64,000 bases of DNA, taken from positions 26,846,001-26,910,000 of the forward strand of contig NC_043017.1 in NCBI RefSeq assembly GCF_006345805.1, in the 5' to 3' direction. The notes beneath the pieces were generated by a model. It made no database searches and was not told where the DNA came from. It saw only the letters and a program-made list of their open reading frames with translations. The stretch comes from Octopus sinensis (taxonomy: Eukaryota). Positions within the stretch are counted from its first letter, which is position 1; the number at the start of each line of letters is the position of its first letter. Positions 40,031 to 55,120 of the stretch are shown in pieces. A program made the translations under genes and the position numbers.

Positions 40031-40594
40031 TATATATATATATATATACAGGTATATTAATTTGAACTTATACACACGCAAACATATATATATATATATA
40101 TATGTGTCTGTATAGTTTCACATAGACAAAAAATGAACACACACACTGAGACGCACGTACACACACACACACACATACACAATATATATATAAATTCTTA
40201 TATGCATAGCTTATTAAGATCATGCTTCTATGTATATGTCCGGATGAATGGCAGTATGAATGTACGTGCATGAAACAATGTGTGTGAAGATGTGTGCGAT
40301 TGTGCGTGTGCGTGAGAATTATCAGATTTGCTTCCGAGGTAGTATTTATGATAGTAATAATCCGTTATTCGATATAGAACAATAATTTTCATATGTGTCA
40401 TTGTGTAAGGCATATTCAGGTAGATCTTGTTAAACTAAATCTGTCTACATCTTTTGTAAACTGATACTATTAAGACATCTTCCATTTCATTGTAACATAA
40501 TGCGGATTTTGCTTCTGGAGACTATGAATTTATCACTTATTCATTCCTCCATTCCTTACATACACTCATGAAATCACACGCACGCATAGTATAT

Positions 40595-40628
<34 letters not shown>

Positions 40629-40728
40629 GATATATATATAGGTAGCTATCTAGATAGAGAGATGAATGTATATTCATATATAATATGTATATATATATAT
40701 ATATATAGATATATATATATATATATAG

Positions 40729-40766
<38 letters not shown>

Positions 40767-42350
40767 GTAGGTATTCTATATATGTATATATATATGTATA
40801 TATATATATATATATATCTATATATATATATATATACAGATAAATGTCTCTACACAAGATCGAGTTAGCTTTCTTTCTTTTGTTGTCTTACTATTTTTAC
40901 CAATATATATATATATATGTATGTACGTATATGTATATAGGTATAGATACAAACACGTACACACAAATTTAGTTATACGTAGGAGTATGTATACGTATTC
41001 CATATATGCATAACAATGGCGTAGATATGATGATGAATTTCTCTACACGTATTAAGCTAAAAGTTCTTACTTCCTCTTAGTATTTTATTTCTGTTCAAAC
41101 ACTCTCCAGAGAAGAGATTCTCACTTAGAGAATATCAGCAATCTTAGAGAAACTTAATACTAGAAATGCTTGATGCGTATAGTAAGAAAATATAAGAAGA
41201 CCTATGTAATGTAAAATATCGCAGCGTGCACACTGACCAATGGGTGTCAGAGCATTGAAATATAAATATTTGCAATACGTTCGTGTAGGTTCGAAATTGT
41301 ATATGTTAATACCTATGTTATTTCCTTATTGGATAGAGTGTCCATGTCTGCTTGTGGGGATGTCATTATTATCTCTTCTTTTAAAAGAAACGACGGTTGC
41401 ATGATAAGAAAACACATGGGTTCCCTTTGATTCTTTATTTGGCTTCATATCATCTTTTCTTATGAATTTGATGCTCTTGTATGCCATTCCATGTCTATAT
41501 GCAAGCCAGGACCCTCAGCACCTTGTCGTGGTTCTATTTCCCTCGGCATCTTTCTCATTCACCAGTGTATCTTACACAATGTGTTTCTGTGAGATGTTCA
41601 CGAAGTTTAACTGAAAAATACCACATTTGTTTCATAATGTACTGTAGTAGAAGAAAGTAAAACCAGAAGTGTCATGACCTCAAGCCTTTCAAATGTAAAC
41701 GATTGCTGTTAATAGACACTTGAGAAATATATAACACATATGTTATCGAAAATATGTGAAGATCTCTGCAGTGCGATGTTTCAGAACGTGATAAACGTAT
41801 CGCCCCAAGGGCTAGCAATATAATAATTTCAATTCTATTGCGACAATTCCAGTATATATAAATACGGACTTAATCTACCATAAACATTGGCAACGACACA
41901 TGCGACTCTTATAAAGAGGCGCCAAGTCTCGTGTTCTCCTAAAGAAATTGGAATCAAAAATAACAAATGCAACTAATTTTTATATGTTATATTGATATCT
42001 TGAACACTTTACTTATTTTACACTTTTTGAAATTTATATAAACGTATATATTCCGAGTTCCTGTAATATTCTAATTCCAAATCACAATAAATCTTTTGCC
42101 TCGGTGTTCATAGATCTAATGACGAAATCTCTATGAATAATTCAATGTTTATACTTGTAATAAGATTTAGAAGATAAATATTCAACATATAATTGAATTC
42201 CATTTGGTATGTTCACATTTACACTGTTTGAAAAGTGTTGTAAAATATTGTTTCCGCGAAGCTCAGTGCATCAGTTAGAATTATAATATACTGGAGAATC
42301 ATCACAACATCGATGAAATACATTTTAACATTTCGTCTCTCTATAGTACG

Positions 42351-42530
42351 ACCGGTGAAATGCTTAGCGGTATTTCGTCTGCCGCTACGTTCTGAGTTCA
42401 AATTCTGCCGAGGTCGAATTTCATCTTCTCGAGGTCGATAAAATAAGTACCAGTTGAGTATTGACGTCGAGGTAACCGACTCTATCCCTCCCCCAAAATT
42501 GGTGTCCTTGTGGCAAAATTTGAGACCAAA
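42351..42530 (+). mobile_element. SINE-M variant (different 3' end), 5' truncated
   Basis: gaaatgcttagcggtatttcgtctgccgctacgttctgagttc...cccccaaaattggtgtccttgtggcaaaatttga. Confidence 0.8.
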
Positions 42531-42954
42531 ATTCCCTCTTTGCCCTAACGTTTCGGAAGGAAAATTCTCTCATTATATATATATTAGATTTCACGTCTAC
42601 AGATACGTATTCGAATGAATAAACTATAGTAATACTGCAGAAAAAAGAAATAGTGCCTTGTGATTATAATAGGGATTACCAATACGCATGTAGATTTTTT
42701 TTTTTTTATTCTTTATTCTTTAATATTATACAAAAGTTACCAATTCTTCCGGCACTTTACGTTCTGATTTCAATTCATTCACGCCGAGGGCAATTTTTCC
42801 ATCTTATTGACGTTGAGAAATAAAATACATGTTTTGTATTAGAGTCGGTGTACTTTACTAAATCTCTCACGCTCATTTTCAGACTTTATGGATTATAAAT
42901 ACGGATGTTGTTATTTTTTTTTCATTCATCGTTAATATTGTATATAAGTTATTC

Positions 42955-43290
42955 TGGAGGCGCAATAGCCCAGTGGTTAGGGGAGCGGAATCTCGGTCGT
43001 AGGATCGTGTGATTATTTATTGGGCGAAAACATCTAAATCCCCATGAGGCTCCGGCAGGGGATGGTGGTGGCGAACTCTACTGTACTCTTTCACCAAAAC
43101 TGTCTCTCATTCTTTCTCCCTGTTTTTCTTGTGCCTGCATTTCAAAGGGCTTTGTCACACTGTGTCACGCTGAATCTCCCCGAGAACTACGTTAAGGGTA
43201 CATGTGTCTTTCTATTGCTCAGCTACTTGCACGTTCCGTTGATCGGATCAACTGGAACCCTCGTCGTCCTAATCGACGGAGAACCAGGCA
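42955..43290 (+). mobile_element. SINE-A with deletion across the B-box region
   Basis: Head tggaggcgcaatagcccagtgg; tail ggaaccctcgtcgtcctaatcgacgga; imperfect TSD tatataagttatt / tatataagatatt. Confidence 0.85.
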
Positions 43291-43963
43291 TATATAAGAT
43301 ATTGTTTCTTCCGGCAGATTACATTTTGAGTTCAGTTAATTCAAGACGAGGTCAACTTTTCAATCCTATTAGTGCTGAAAAATAAATTCCACGTCATACG
43401 CTCGAGTCAGTGTACTTTATAAAATCCGTCTCCCTCATTTTCAGAAAATGTGACTGAAGCTAAAAGAATATTTATTACGTTTCGCTTTCCATGTGTTTTC
43501 CGTTTTCGTTCTTTCATTTTTTTTTTTTGCGCCAAACACATAAACATATTCATTACCAGCAGGAAAGGTGTACCATTTCATTATCTAAGAATCGCTGATC
43601 ACGGTAATAAGGTAATTATTACGAAAATGATCACGTGTGCATCAGCACGTGAAAGAAATATAAACAACCACACAGGTGCGGTAATCACTAAATTTATAGC
43701 ATTATGTTTTACGAGTCACTGTTGTAAATTGGCATAGAAAAAGCTTAAATACAATCTTCGGAATATAGAAATATGTGAAGTAAAATAACGACGTTTACAC
43801 AAACACACTAACACACACAAACATATTAACACAAACAGGCAGACACACACAAATATATATGTGCGTATATAAATATATGTGTGTGTGTGTGTGTCTGTGT
43901 GTTTATGCGTGTGTATGATTTTTTATATATATATATATGAATATATATATATTTATATGTATG

Positions 43964-44035
<72 letters not shown>

Positions 44036-44111
44036 CGCATAGTTATATGCATTTACTTTGATGCATAATTTTAATATATACATTCATATACATATGTGTG
44101 TAAATACATAA

Positions 44112-44158
<47 letters not shown>

Positions 44159-44792
44159 TAGATATATATACATACATACATACATACATATATATACATA
44201 CATACATTCACACAAACACACGCACACACACAAACACACACGCACACATATATATATATATATATACATATGCTCGAGTCGGTGTGTGTGAATCTGTATA
44301 TAAGTATAAACAGATATCACACAGCCTTTGATGATTGGTGAAAAACCATTACAAACTAACAAGTTAATTCAACAGTTATTCATAATTAAAATTGTTCGGG
44401 CTGTGTTTATCTTATTCGTGATGTTGATATTCTGGTAATGTTTATGTTTGACATTATTTTACCAATACTGATCTTACTGATCCACATCGATGGTTTTTTT
44501 CCTCAAGTCCTTTGTCAAGCTGTATTTAATACTAATAATCATGTATTTTGATTATTCGTAGTGATGTTGCCATTGTTGGTGATACAGAGTTATTGATAAT
44601 CATATGATAGCCAGGTTGTTGTCTTGTTGTTAGTGTGGCTATTGCTTTTTAACCCCAAGTCCAGTTAACCTGTGGGACCTTCTTCTCAAACGTATTTCAA
44701 CGATTACCTTCGAACGTCTTCTATTCGGACAAGCTTTCTCCACTTCTATATCAAATGCATACTATGTGTACAATATTGGCTGTCATTTATGA

Positions 44793-45069
44793 TAGTGGTT
44801 TTCGATACGTTTTCGAATTGCCACTCCCTTGAAATCCAGCCCATATTCCTAGCGCCCCTCAAACTCACCAACACAAACAGAGATAATTTTCTGCAGCAAA
44901 TTCAAAACTGTATTTTGCAAATAATATTTAATATAATTAAGACATTATTGTGTTTTTCTGTTTGCACTCTTCACCACCACCTTATCACCCAACTTATCCC
45001 CAAGCCTCCAACTCCTAGATCGTTCTAACGTTCCCCGCAAGGGCAGTACTGCGCTTTTGGGAACCGCTG
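44793..45069 (-). mobile_element. hAT-type MITE candidate
   Basis: Termini tagtggttttc (44793) and gggaaccgctg (ending 45069; rc cagcggttccc); flanking 8-mers atttatga and atttaagt resemble a decayed 8-bp TSD. Confidence 0.5.
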
Positions 45070-46175
45070 ATTTAAGTTATATATTACGATTACTTCTAGC
45101 GTGTGTTGAGTGTACAAAAATCATTATTGATTCCTATATATTAGTGTAGTTTTGATTGATCTATATGATATCGATTATATCGCCAGTTGAAACAGTTGGA
45201 ACTGATTCTCAGAAAATTTATATTGTTATTAAGTATCTCGCTGTTGTCCTTAGCAATCATTTGGGATCGAATATGTATGTACGCCTGATTTTAGATGAAA
45301 TAATGCTATTTAAGCCAATGCTAACACGAACTGAGTGTTCACACATTATACACTGGAAAAAGCGCTGCAATCTATGCTCAAGACTATCTTTAGAATATTA
45401 TCTGGGATCTCTGTTGAAGTGGTAGGCTTCATCGAGAGAGCCTCTAATTTCTCCTTTGACAGTTATTGAATATTGTTAAAATTTGAGCGCAGACCTTTTT
45501 AAGTTTTACTTTTAAATACCCCTTAGAACCGGGCCTTGCGTCATAACTGCGAGATATTTTACCATTCTGCTAGGAAATGTATATACTTTTTTGATTGGCC
45601 CGGGATGCGCATAAATGGCTGCTTATCAAATCTGATGTGACGCGATTTATGGCTGCAATTTAACGCAATAATTTTGATATAATTATTTCGGGAGTTAGTC
45701 TACAATGAAAATTGAGAATATTGCTTTTCAACAGTTGATATGTTAGAAATATAACAACCTCCAAACTGATGATTAATTAACTATATTGTGGCATTCGTTT
45801 TAGCAGAATGCCTATTATGGAAGCTGACTGGCTGGCCATCTGGGAAGATAACTGCAGAGTGTTATTGAATGAATATAGTTGATACCTGTTGAGCAGCTGC
45901 AGTTATGCATATAGTGGAATGAAAACGAAAGCGATTAGAAATAATTAAACATTCCTTCTTATTCCCTTGATGCTGATCTCCTGTGGAAGAATACTGAGGC
46001 ATTATTTCTGCCTGCATGTTGTCGTACTAATTGGCAAAATGTTGTTCTAATTGCAGTGCTTGATGGAATTCTCACAGTGCAACATATGCTTAGTAAATTA
46101 TATGGAACTAAAATGTTGCATTCAATCATCGTTGTTTATATTTTCAAAAGATTCCAATGCAAAAATTTATGATCA

Positions 46176-46379
46176 TACTCTTTTACATGTTCAGTCATTT
46201 GACTGCGGCCATGCTGGAGCATCACCTTTAGTCGAGCAAATCGACCTCGTGACTTATTCTTTGTAAGTCTTTATTCTATCGGTCTCTTTTGCCGATCCGC
46301 GAAGTGACGGGGACGTAAACACACCAGCATCGGTTGTCAAGCAATGCTAGGGGGACAAACACAGACACACAGATACACA

Positions 46380-46418
<39 letters not shown>

Positions 46419-46598
46419 ATACATATACATATATACGACGGGCTATATTCAGTTTCCGTCTACCAAATCCACTCACAAGGCTTTGGTCGGCCCGAGGCTA
46501 TATTAGAAGACACTTGCCCAAGATGTCACGCAGTGGGACTGAACGCGGAAGCATGTGGCTGGTAAGCAAGCTACTTACCACACAGCCAATCCTGCGCC
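46176..46598 (-). mobile_element. SINE-B, full length
   Basis: Head ends ...cacagccaatcctgcgcc; tail gactgcggccatgctggagc. Confidence 0.92.
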
Positions 46599-47639
46599 TA
46601 TTTAATATTTGTTGTAAATTTTGTTACCAGGCCTGTAATATTGGGAGAGCAATTTCGTCAACACTTGGCCTCTTCTGGTATTGAAATGTGTGTGAAATGC
46701 AAAATGGACTACGGCGGACTGAACTTCGAGTTTTCTAAATATGATCTGAGACCAAAGCTGTATTAATAACGTCCTAGGTGGACGATACCGTATAAACTGT
46801 TTCTTTTTTAAATATTGATATACGATTAAGTTAGCAAGCTCGTGGAATCGTTAGCTCCTGGGTCATAATGCTTAGCGGCATTTCGTCGATGCTTACGAGC
46901 TCAGTTCAAAATCCCCCGGGGTCCACTGTTCCTTTTACACCTTTCAGGGTCGATAGAATAGGTACCCCTCCTCCCAAATTGCTAAGCAGCAATAGACGTT
47001 CTTTAACATTTATAATTCTCTTCTTGAAACATACTTCTTGCTTCTTTCTCTCTTACTCCAATTTCATAAGGGGATCGCCCGAAACATCAGTCTACTTCTA
47101 TTCCTCTTCGTATATTCAACGTACAATTCACTGTTCATAATTCTCTGTCCACTAATCACTGTCCACTTTTACGAGAGCGTGTGTTCGTTTTGTCCCCTAT
47201 TTATCCATCGTAATCTTTTATATTGTCCAACTATCCTTCTCTTAATTAGCCTCGTACCATTTGTGATATTTTGCCAACAAATTAAGCATCATGCTTATTA
47301 GACGATATTATATAATAAAGACTATTATATATAAAGGCTATTATTGTATAGTGTATAATGTCTAATTACGTAACAAACTCAGCGGTTCAGTTTCCACTCA
47401 TTTCTTATTTATATTCGTTCTTAGTGGAAATTGAACTGTTGAGCGTATTACATATTAAGGCTTTATGGCTTTCCCCAGACACGAAAAAAATAGTTTCCAC
47501 ATATGAATTCACAAAAATAATCTTTCAAACCCATTGAAAAGAAAACCTGACACAATGCAATCGATGTATAACCGAAATTTGGAGTTTTTTTAAATATATT
47601 GATGCCAAAAAGTGTATTCTTCTGTAGTTTTATTCCTTT

Positions 47640-47879
47640 ACATGTTGCAGCAATTTAGCAACAGCCATACAGGCACGCCGACTTGAAGGGGTTTTAGTCG
47701 AAGTAATCGCCCTCAGGACTTATTTCTTAAGACTAGTACCGAACCGCTAATTAATGGGGAGGTAAACACAGCAAGACCGTTTCTCAAGAGTTGATGGTGG
47801 AACAAACACAGACACACAGACACAGACACTAACACACACACATATATACACATAAGCATACACACGCACACACACACAG

Positions 47880-47912
<33 letters not shown>

Positions 47913-48065
47913 TATAGACTACGATGAGCTGCTTTCAGTTTCCGTCTACCAAATCCATTCACAACGCATTGGTAGGCCAGAGGCCATAGTAGAATACTTC
48001 TGCCCGAATGTGCCACGCATGTAGTTGGGAAGCAAGGTTCTAACCACACAGCAACGCCTGTGTCT
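47640..48065 (-). mobile_element. SINE-B, older diverged copy
   Basis: ttttagtcgaag...ccgaaccgctaa...tttcagtttccgtctaccaaatcc...aaccacacagc. Confidence 0.75.
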
Positions 48066-48379
48066 ATGTATGGTAGTGGTCGGTCAAAATCTGATTTATG
48101 AACGTGAGCAAAGATACGAAACTGATTGACCTACCAGCCTGTTACTGAGAATTCCCATTTTCGGCGATCAGATTAGATTCTAAGCTTAGGTTTCCTGCCT
48201 TTTAAAAATATCTGCTTGCATATTTGCATATTTTACATTATGACACTTATTTTCAGAGCCAACGTCTTGAATATAGAAAAGAAAGAGTGAGTGAGGAAAG
48301 AAATGCATTTGACATGTTACTCATGTGAGTAAAAACAGCAGATCAATCGATGATTCGCCAGATAGAGAGGTCAGTTGAT

Positions 48380-48440
48380 TTAGTCAGATAGATAGATAGA
48401 AAGAAAGATAGATAGGTAGATAGATAGATAGATAGACAGG

Positions 48441-48497
<57 letters not shown>

Positions 48498-48588
48498 CGA
48501 TAGATAGATAGGTAGGTAGGTAGATAGATAGATAGATAGATAGGTAGGTAGATAGATAGATAGGTAGATAGATAGATAGATAGATAGG

Positions 48589-48619
<31 letters not shown>

Positions 48620-48694
48620 GTAGGTATATAGATAGATAGATAGATAGGTAGATGATAGATAGATAGATAGATAGAAAGATAGATAGATAGATAT

Positions 48695-48763
<69 letters not shown>
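48380..48763. repeat. Long (GATA)n/(GGTA) microsatellite
   Basis: Direct reading. Confidence 0.97.
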
Positions 48764-48764
<1 letters not shown>

Positions 48765-49349
48765 TTGTGCTGCCAGATACACTGCACTTGATCAAAAGAA
48801 AGATATGTCACATAAATCATGATATCTATCTTTTTTGAAAGATCACCGTTGACCTACATCAACAGAAACAGCCTCAGATACTTGACCTACATATGAAATA
48901 CATTAATATTTGCCACATACTATCATCACTACTGAAGAAATCCACTAGCGCACGCTACTTAAATATATATAAACCAAATCGGAATTTTTTCTTCCTATTT
49001 ACATCTTGATTGTTTGAATATGTCATTGTAAAAGGGCCGCGTATGATAAATTGATCTGAATTTCTTTTCTATTGCTTTCTCTCAATTCCAATTTCATTCA
49101 GAGTATTGAAATATCAAAGAAGTCTAGGTTATATTCTGTTTCTTATACATTCAAAAGTTCTTTTGTTTTGCCTTTTGAATTGTTCAGATTAACGTCTGTG
49201 TTTAGCATTGAAATTGTCTTTGTTAGGACTTTCCCTCTTATTCCAATTCGGCCTGTTTTGTGTACATATAAATTTCAACAGAAAAATCGGCTTCATGTAG
49301 ATTTAACGATACTATGTTGCATAGTTTCTAAAGTGGACATTTAGCTTTG

Positions 49350-49565
49350 AAACTGAGGGCTAAAGGATAGAGACTATGGCACTACAACCAGCCAGGAACA
49401 ATCTTCGCTACATTTGCGGTACCTGTCAGAGGGAGTGTTTGTCCAGGATAGGACTACACAGCCACAGCAGGAAATGTATCAGGACATGAAATATAAAAGC
49501 CGGACTAGACTACTTCATGCGCAACTCCATTGTCTCCCGAGACAGAAAGGATGCCAAGACAATAC
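49350..49565 (+). mobile_element. RTE (BovB-like) LINE extreme 3' end
   Basis: Frame 49376..49489: MALQPARNNLRYICGTCQRECLSRIGLHSHSRKCIRT* (C..C.R...SRIGL.SH.R.C terminal motif), then a UTR hairpin tgtctcccgagaca and ggatgcc. Confidence 0.82.
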
Positions 49566-50179
49566 AAAGGATAGATACATGTCCGTTAACCGAAAAAAAT
49601 TATAGAAATTAGAATTAAATTATGCAGTGACTGAGGCTTAGTTAGGAATTTAATAATTTAGTGCCTGATGAATGCATGATACTCTGTAGAATTATTGCCA
49701 CTGTTGTGTCATGACATTTTATGTGATTCTGTTTTGGTACCACTGTATCGACGAAACTTTCGAAGGTACCTAAACGCCACTTCCTTATATTATTGTTATT
49801 TACAAGTTAAGCAACGGCGATGGCTAGGCTGTTTGTGGAGATTTCCTTTGAAATGAATACAAAGTTCTATAGGATTAACCATTTGAAACTGAGTGAAATA
49901 AAGCAACGCAAAATGAAACGATTTGTTCTAGAAGACAATGAACATCCAGTCTCAGAATTGAAATCACGATGCCATTTCTTTCGCTATAAGAATCATTCTT
50001 ATTATGTAGCTATGTCTAAAAATTGAAATTTCTATAATTATTGAAAAATTATGAAATATTTAGACATATAATATTTTGCATGACTAAGATATTTTTATGG
50101 TGAGGGAAAATAGGATAAAGAAGTTCTGCCTTGTTTGAAGTCTCATATTTTCCAGGAATATGAAAAGAAATCAGGCACC

Positions 50180-50281
<102 letters not shown>

Positions 50282-50285
50282 AATA

Positions 50286-50676
50286 GGCGAAGGCATGGCT
50301 GTGTGGTAATTAGCTTGCTTACCTACCACATGGTTCCGGGTTCAGTTGCGTGGCATCTTGGGAAGCGTCTTCTATTATAGCCTGGGGTTGACCGTTAGTG
50401 GATTTGGTAGAGAGAAACTGAAAGAATCACGTCGTATATATGTATGTATGTATGTATGTATATGCGTGTGTGTGCGTATTTGTGTGTTTGTGCTTGTCTC
50501 CCCAACATCATTTGACAACCGATGTTGGCGTGTTTACCACCCAATAACTTAGCGGTTCGGCAAAGAGACAGATAATATAAGTACTGGGCTTACGAAGAAT
50601 ACGTTCTAGGATCGATTTGTTCGACTAAAGACGGAGCTCCTGCCTGGCCGTAGTCAAATGACTGAAACAAATAAGA
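50286..50676 (+). mobile_element. SINE-B, diverged full length
   Basis: ggcgaaggcatggctgtgtggtaattagc... to ...gtcaaatgactgaaacaaataag. Confidence 0.88.
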
Positions 50677-51524
50677 TAAATAAAATAAATAATAAAAATA
50701 AATATATACATACATCCATACACATACACATATATACATGGGTATAAAAACATACATTATCACAAGCGAAATGAATATTTCTTCCAAAACTATACGCTCA
50801 TAAGATGGTTTTATAGATTCTGTAGTGTCTATATCTCCCCCATACGTAAAGATACGGGCCTGTTCTTAGATTACATCATTTGACCAGCTAATTGGATTGG
50901 AGCAAAGTGAGTGCTACGTGTCGCCCAGGCAAGATAACGATATTAAACTCTCTTGCTCATGAGTGCAACACACTGATCACTAAACCACGTGCAACCCTTC
51001 TTCGCACGTATATAGGCTGAGTGAAAAATAGTAAGATTTAGTGACAGAGAGAGAGAGAGGGAGAAAGAGAGAGGGAGAAAGAGAGAGGGAGAAAGAGAGA
51101 GAGAGAGTTACAGGCATGACTTTAGACAGCTGCACCGCCTCATATTTTTATCACATTCTGAAAAAAAACTATTCATTTTATGTTCCCGGTAATTTTCCAG
51201 AGACGAATTTTTATTGGAGTAAATTGCGATTGTACTGATAAAATATACAAAAATTAATAACATATATCCGTTACAAATATACAAGTGAGAAATATCATTT
51301 ATATAGTTTCACTTTAAGCTTATAATATATTCTCTCTTTCGGAAATTGATGTTCATTTCAACACTTTGTATAAATACGAGGAAACTTGATAAACTTGAAT
51401 TATGATGATTACACGTATTCTGTATTTCACCATATTACTTATTTTGACAAGTGTATTTTCCCAACTGATCTTTCAAGTAAGTGTTAATAGTGTAGTTTTA
51501 ATCATAATGATCGTTTCTACTAAA

Positions 51525-51680
51525 GACAGAATTTTGGGGAAGGGGACTAGTCGATTAAATCGACCCCAGTACTCATCTGGTACTTGATCTATCGACCTCG
51601 AAAGGATGAATCTGAACTCAGAACGTCAAGATGGTGCAAATACCAGTAAGCCCTTCGTCAGGTGCGTTAATGCTTCTGCC
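51525..51680 (-). mobile_element. SINE-M degenerate fragment
   Basis: gtcgattaaatcgaccccagtactc...ggtactt...tcgacctcgaaaggatgaa...gaactcagaacgt. Confidence 0.7.
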
Positions 51681-51920
51681 AGCCTTGTAATAATTGGAAT
51701 AATACATCTCTCAATTATTCGCACAAGACTATCACTTTTAGGGAAGCGGGCTAACCGAAAACCTCGACCTCAATATCAGGTCAGTGTTTCTGTCATATAC
51801 TCCAAAAAAAAGATAAAAAGCATAGTCGACCTCAGCGGAATTTGAACTATGTAAAGCTTGAAGAAATGATGAGAATTATTGTGTCCAACGTCCTAACTAA
51901 ACTGCCAGTTACCTGTCTGA

Positions 51921-52360
<440 letters not shown>

Positions 52361-52371
52361 CATCATTACTC

Positions 52372-52550
52372 TGGCAGAAACTTTAGCACGCAGGGCTAAA
52401 TGCTTAGCGGTATTTCAAACTCCGCCGAGGTAGGTCTACTTTGCCTTTCATGTTTTCGAGGTCGATAAATGAAGTACCAATTGCGTACTGGGGTCGATCT
52501 AATCGACTGGCCCCATCTCCCAAAATTTGGAGCCTTGTGCCTAGAGTAGA
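52372..52550 (+). mobile_element. SINE-M variant
   Basis: ctggcagaaactttagcacg...aaatgcttagcggtatttc...tttgcctttcat...ggtcgataaatgaagtacc. Confidence 0.75.
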
Positions 52551-53897
52551 AAATTATAATCGTGTCTGCTTTAAGAAACAGGGCTTTGAATTTTAGGGCG
52601 ATAGGGCTTATTGATTTCATCGCGAACTCAAAACGATGAAAGGTAAAGTCAATTTCAATGAATTATAACTAGGAACATACATCTGGAAGAAATTCCGGGA
52701 TACTCCTAGCACGGCTCCTTAAATTATGGTATCAAAGGTGTTTACTGATTTCAATTCATGACCAGAATCTTTGAAGGATTATCGTACTCAATAGTATTGA
52801 CTACACTAGTGTTAATTTAGTCTTCACCAAAACGAATTGAAAATTGGCCTATGCGGTTTTGAGCATAGACTGCAAAGAGCCACAAGGAATAATGCAAAAC
52901 ACGTATTTTATGCTCTAATAGCTGGGCAATATATAATGTGTTTGAATTTGCGAATATTTCGGGCTTTACCTTTAGAAGGTTGAGACTTTTACGCACAGCA
53001 CTAGGGGCGCCCAGTTTGCAGTCGCTGACTCCACACCGAATGTTTTTAGCATTAAATGCCATAAAGATTCTCGTATTTTAAATTCTATCTCATTCTCCCT
53101 TTTTCTACGTAGCTATCCATCTGTCTATGAATCTCTACATGTATGTTTGTGTGTCAGGAAATTAAGTCATTCGTGTTCAATTAACAAATTTTAAGGTCTC
53201 TCTCTCGGTGTGTCACACACACACGCGCATATACACACACACGTGCGCATACACACACACGGGCGCATACACACATATGTGGAGGTGGAGCTGTCTAAAG
53301 ATATGTCTCTCTCTCCCTCACTCTGTCTCTCTCTTTCTCTCTCTAAATCTATCTATCTGTTATTCTCTATCAATTTGTGCAAACTTTATTTGAGCGTGCA
53401 TGTGTACGTGTGTGTGTGTAAGAGTGTGTGTGCGTATATGTGTATGAGTGTATGTGTGTGTATCAGTTTGTGTGTGTGTGTGTGTGGTGTGTGTGTGTGT
53501 GTGTGTGTGTGTTCAGATCCATTGCGAAAACACACTGCCACCAAAACGACTCGTACTTCCACTCGGCTGTGCCAAATAACCTTCATGCAAAATGGCGCGT
53601 TACCGTCACATTTCTTTTGCAGAAATAGTGAACGAAACCTGAAGAGAGAGAAAGAGAGTGTATTAAAGTTTAGAAAAAAAGTGTCTTATAATATTGATGT
53701 CCTTTTACATATTCCTCCTACCAACTTGAAATCGTATCCTATGAAACTCTTAAATTATTTGTAGAATTTAACAGAAGCTCCCGGCAGCCGCATTATAAAC
53801 ATACTAATAGTAGAATATAACTTAGCGTGCTTAATACTTCTATGCGTAATAAGAACATTATTACATACATAATAAAACTAGTATGAATAAATTATTC

Positions 53898-54052
53898 GAG
53901 TGGCTGTGTGGTAAGTAGCTTGCTAACCAACCACATGGTTCCGGGTTCAGTCCCACTGCGTGGCACCTTGGGCAAGTGTCTTCTGCTATAGCCCCGGGCC
54001 GACCAATGCCTTGTGAGTGGATTTGGTAGACGGAAACTGAAAGAAGCCCATC

Positions 54053-54121
<69 letters not shown>

Positions 54122-54306
54122 ATATGTTTGTGTGCTGGTGTGTTTACATCCCCCGTCACTTAGCGGTTCGGCAAAAAGAGACCGATAGAATAAGTACTGG
54201 GCTTACAAAGAAAAAGTCCCGGGGTCGATTTGCTCGACTAAAGGCGGTGTTCCAGCATGGCCCCAGTCAAATGACTGAAACAAGTAAAAGAGTAAAGAGT
54301 AAAGAG
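53898..54306 (+). mobile_element. SINE-B, well-preserved full length
   Basis: gagtggctgtgtggtaagtagcttgctaaccaaccacatggttccgggttcagtccc... to ...gtaaaagagtaaagagtaaagag. Confidence 0.92.
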
Positions 54307-54733
54307 AGAGTTGTGTTTCCCTTGTACTTAAAGATAATTATTTACTTGTAAATGTCACGTTTGAGTACTTGTGTCCTTACAAATGAATATCTACAATCAT
54401 CTTATACATAAAACTTTAGTTGTGAATTAAAATTGCAACGAATATCGTTCTTCTCCTTCATGTGAAGCTACACAAATAAATCGATATTCGCATTTAAATG
54501 TCTTAATTTCGATTTATGCCAACCTATAATATCTTGTGTTGTAACTTCGAAGAAACTTTTTTGAATCATATCACAAAGACTGTATGAATTTAAGAATTCT
54601 TAAACTAGATACTCATATTCCGTAAATTACTACTATCGCTTCTAAATTTAAATCCCCACCCTACGAAAACTATTAAAATTCATTTCATATTTGTTTCGTA
54701 ACGACTACAACTACTTTGTATATTTGTATATAT

Positions 54734-55120
54734 GTGGAGGCGCAATGGCCCAGTGGTTAGGGCAGCGGACTCGTGGTCATAGGATCGGGGTTTCGATTCC
54801 CAGACCGGGCGTTGTGAGTGTTTATTGAGCGAAAACACCTAAAAGCTCCACGAGGCTCCGGCAGGGGATGGTGGTGATCCCTGCTGTACTCTTTCACCAC
54901 AACTTTCTCTCACTCTTACTTCCTGTTTCTGTTGTACCTGTTATTCAAGGGGCCGGCCTTGTCACCCTCTGTGTCACGCTGAATATCCCCGAGAACTACG
55001 TTAAGGGTGCACGTGCCTGTGGAGTTCTCAGCCACTTACACGTTAATTTCACGAGCAGGCTGTTCCGTTGATTCGGATCAACCGGAACCCTCATCGTCGT
55101 AACCGACGGAGTGCTTCCAC
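54734..55120 (+). mobile_element. SINE-A, full length, 12-bp TSD
   Basis: TSD atttgtatatat at 54722-54733 and 55121-55132. Confidence 0.93.

Noticed and set aside
44672-45028. 118-aa ORF
   Set aside because: No known motif; it overlaps a probable hAT MITE
54734-54810. tRNA-like sequences with A and B boxes (this and the other SINE heads)
   Set aside because: They continue into SINE bodies bounded by TSDs and lack a complete acceptor stem; not tRNA genes
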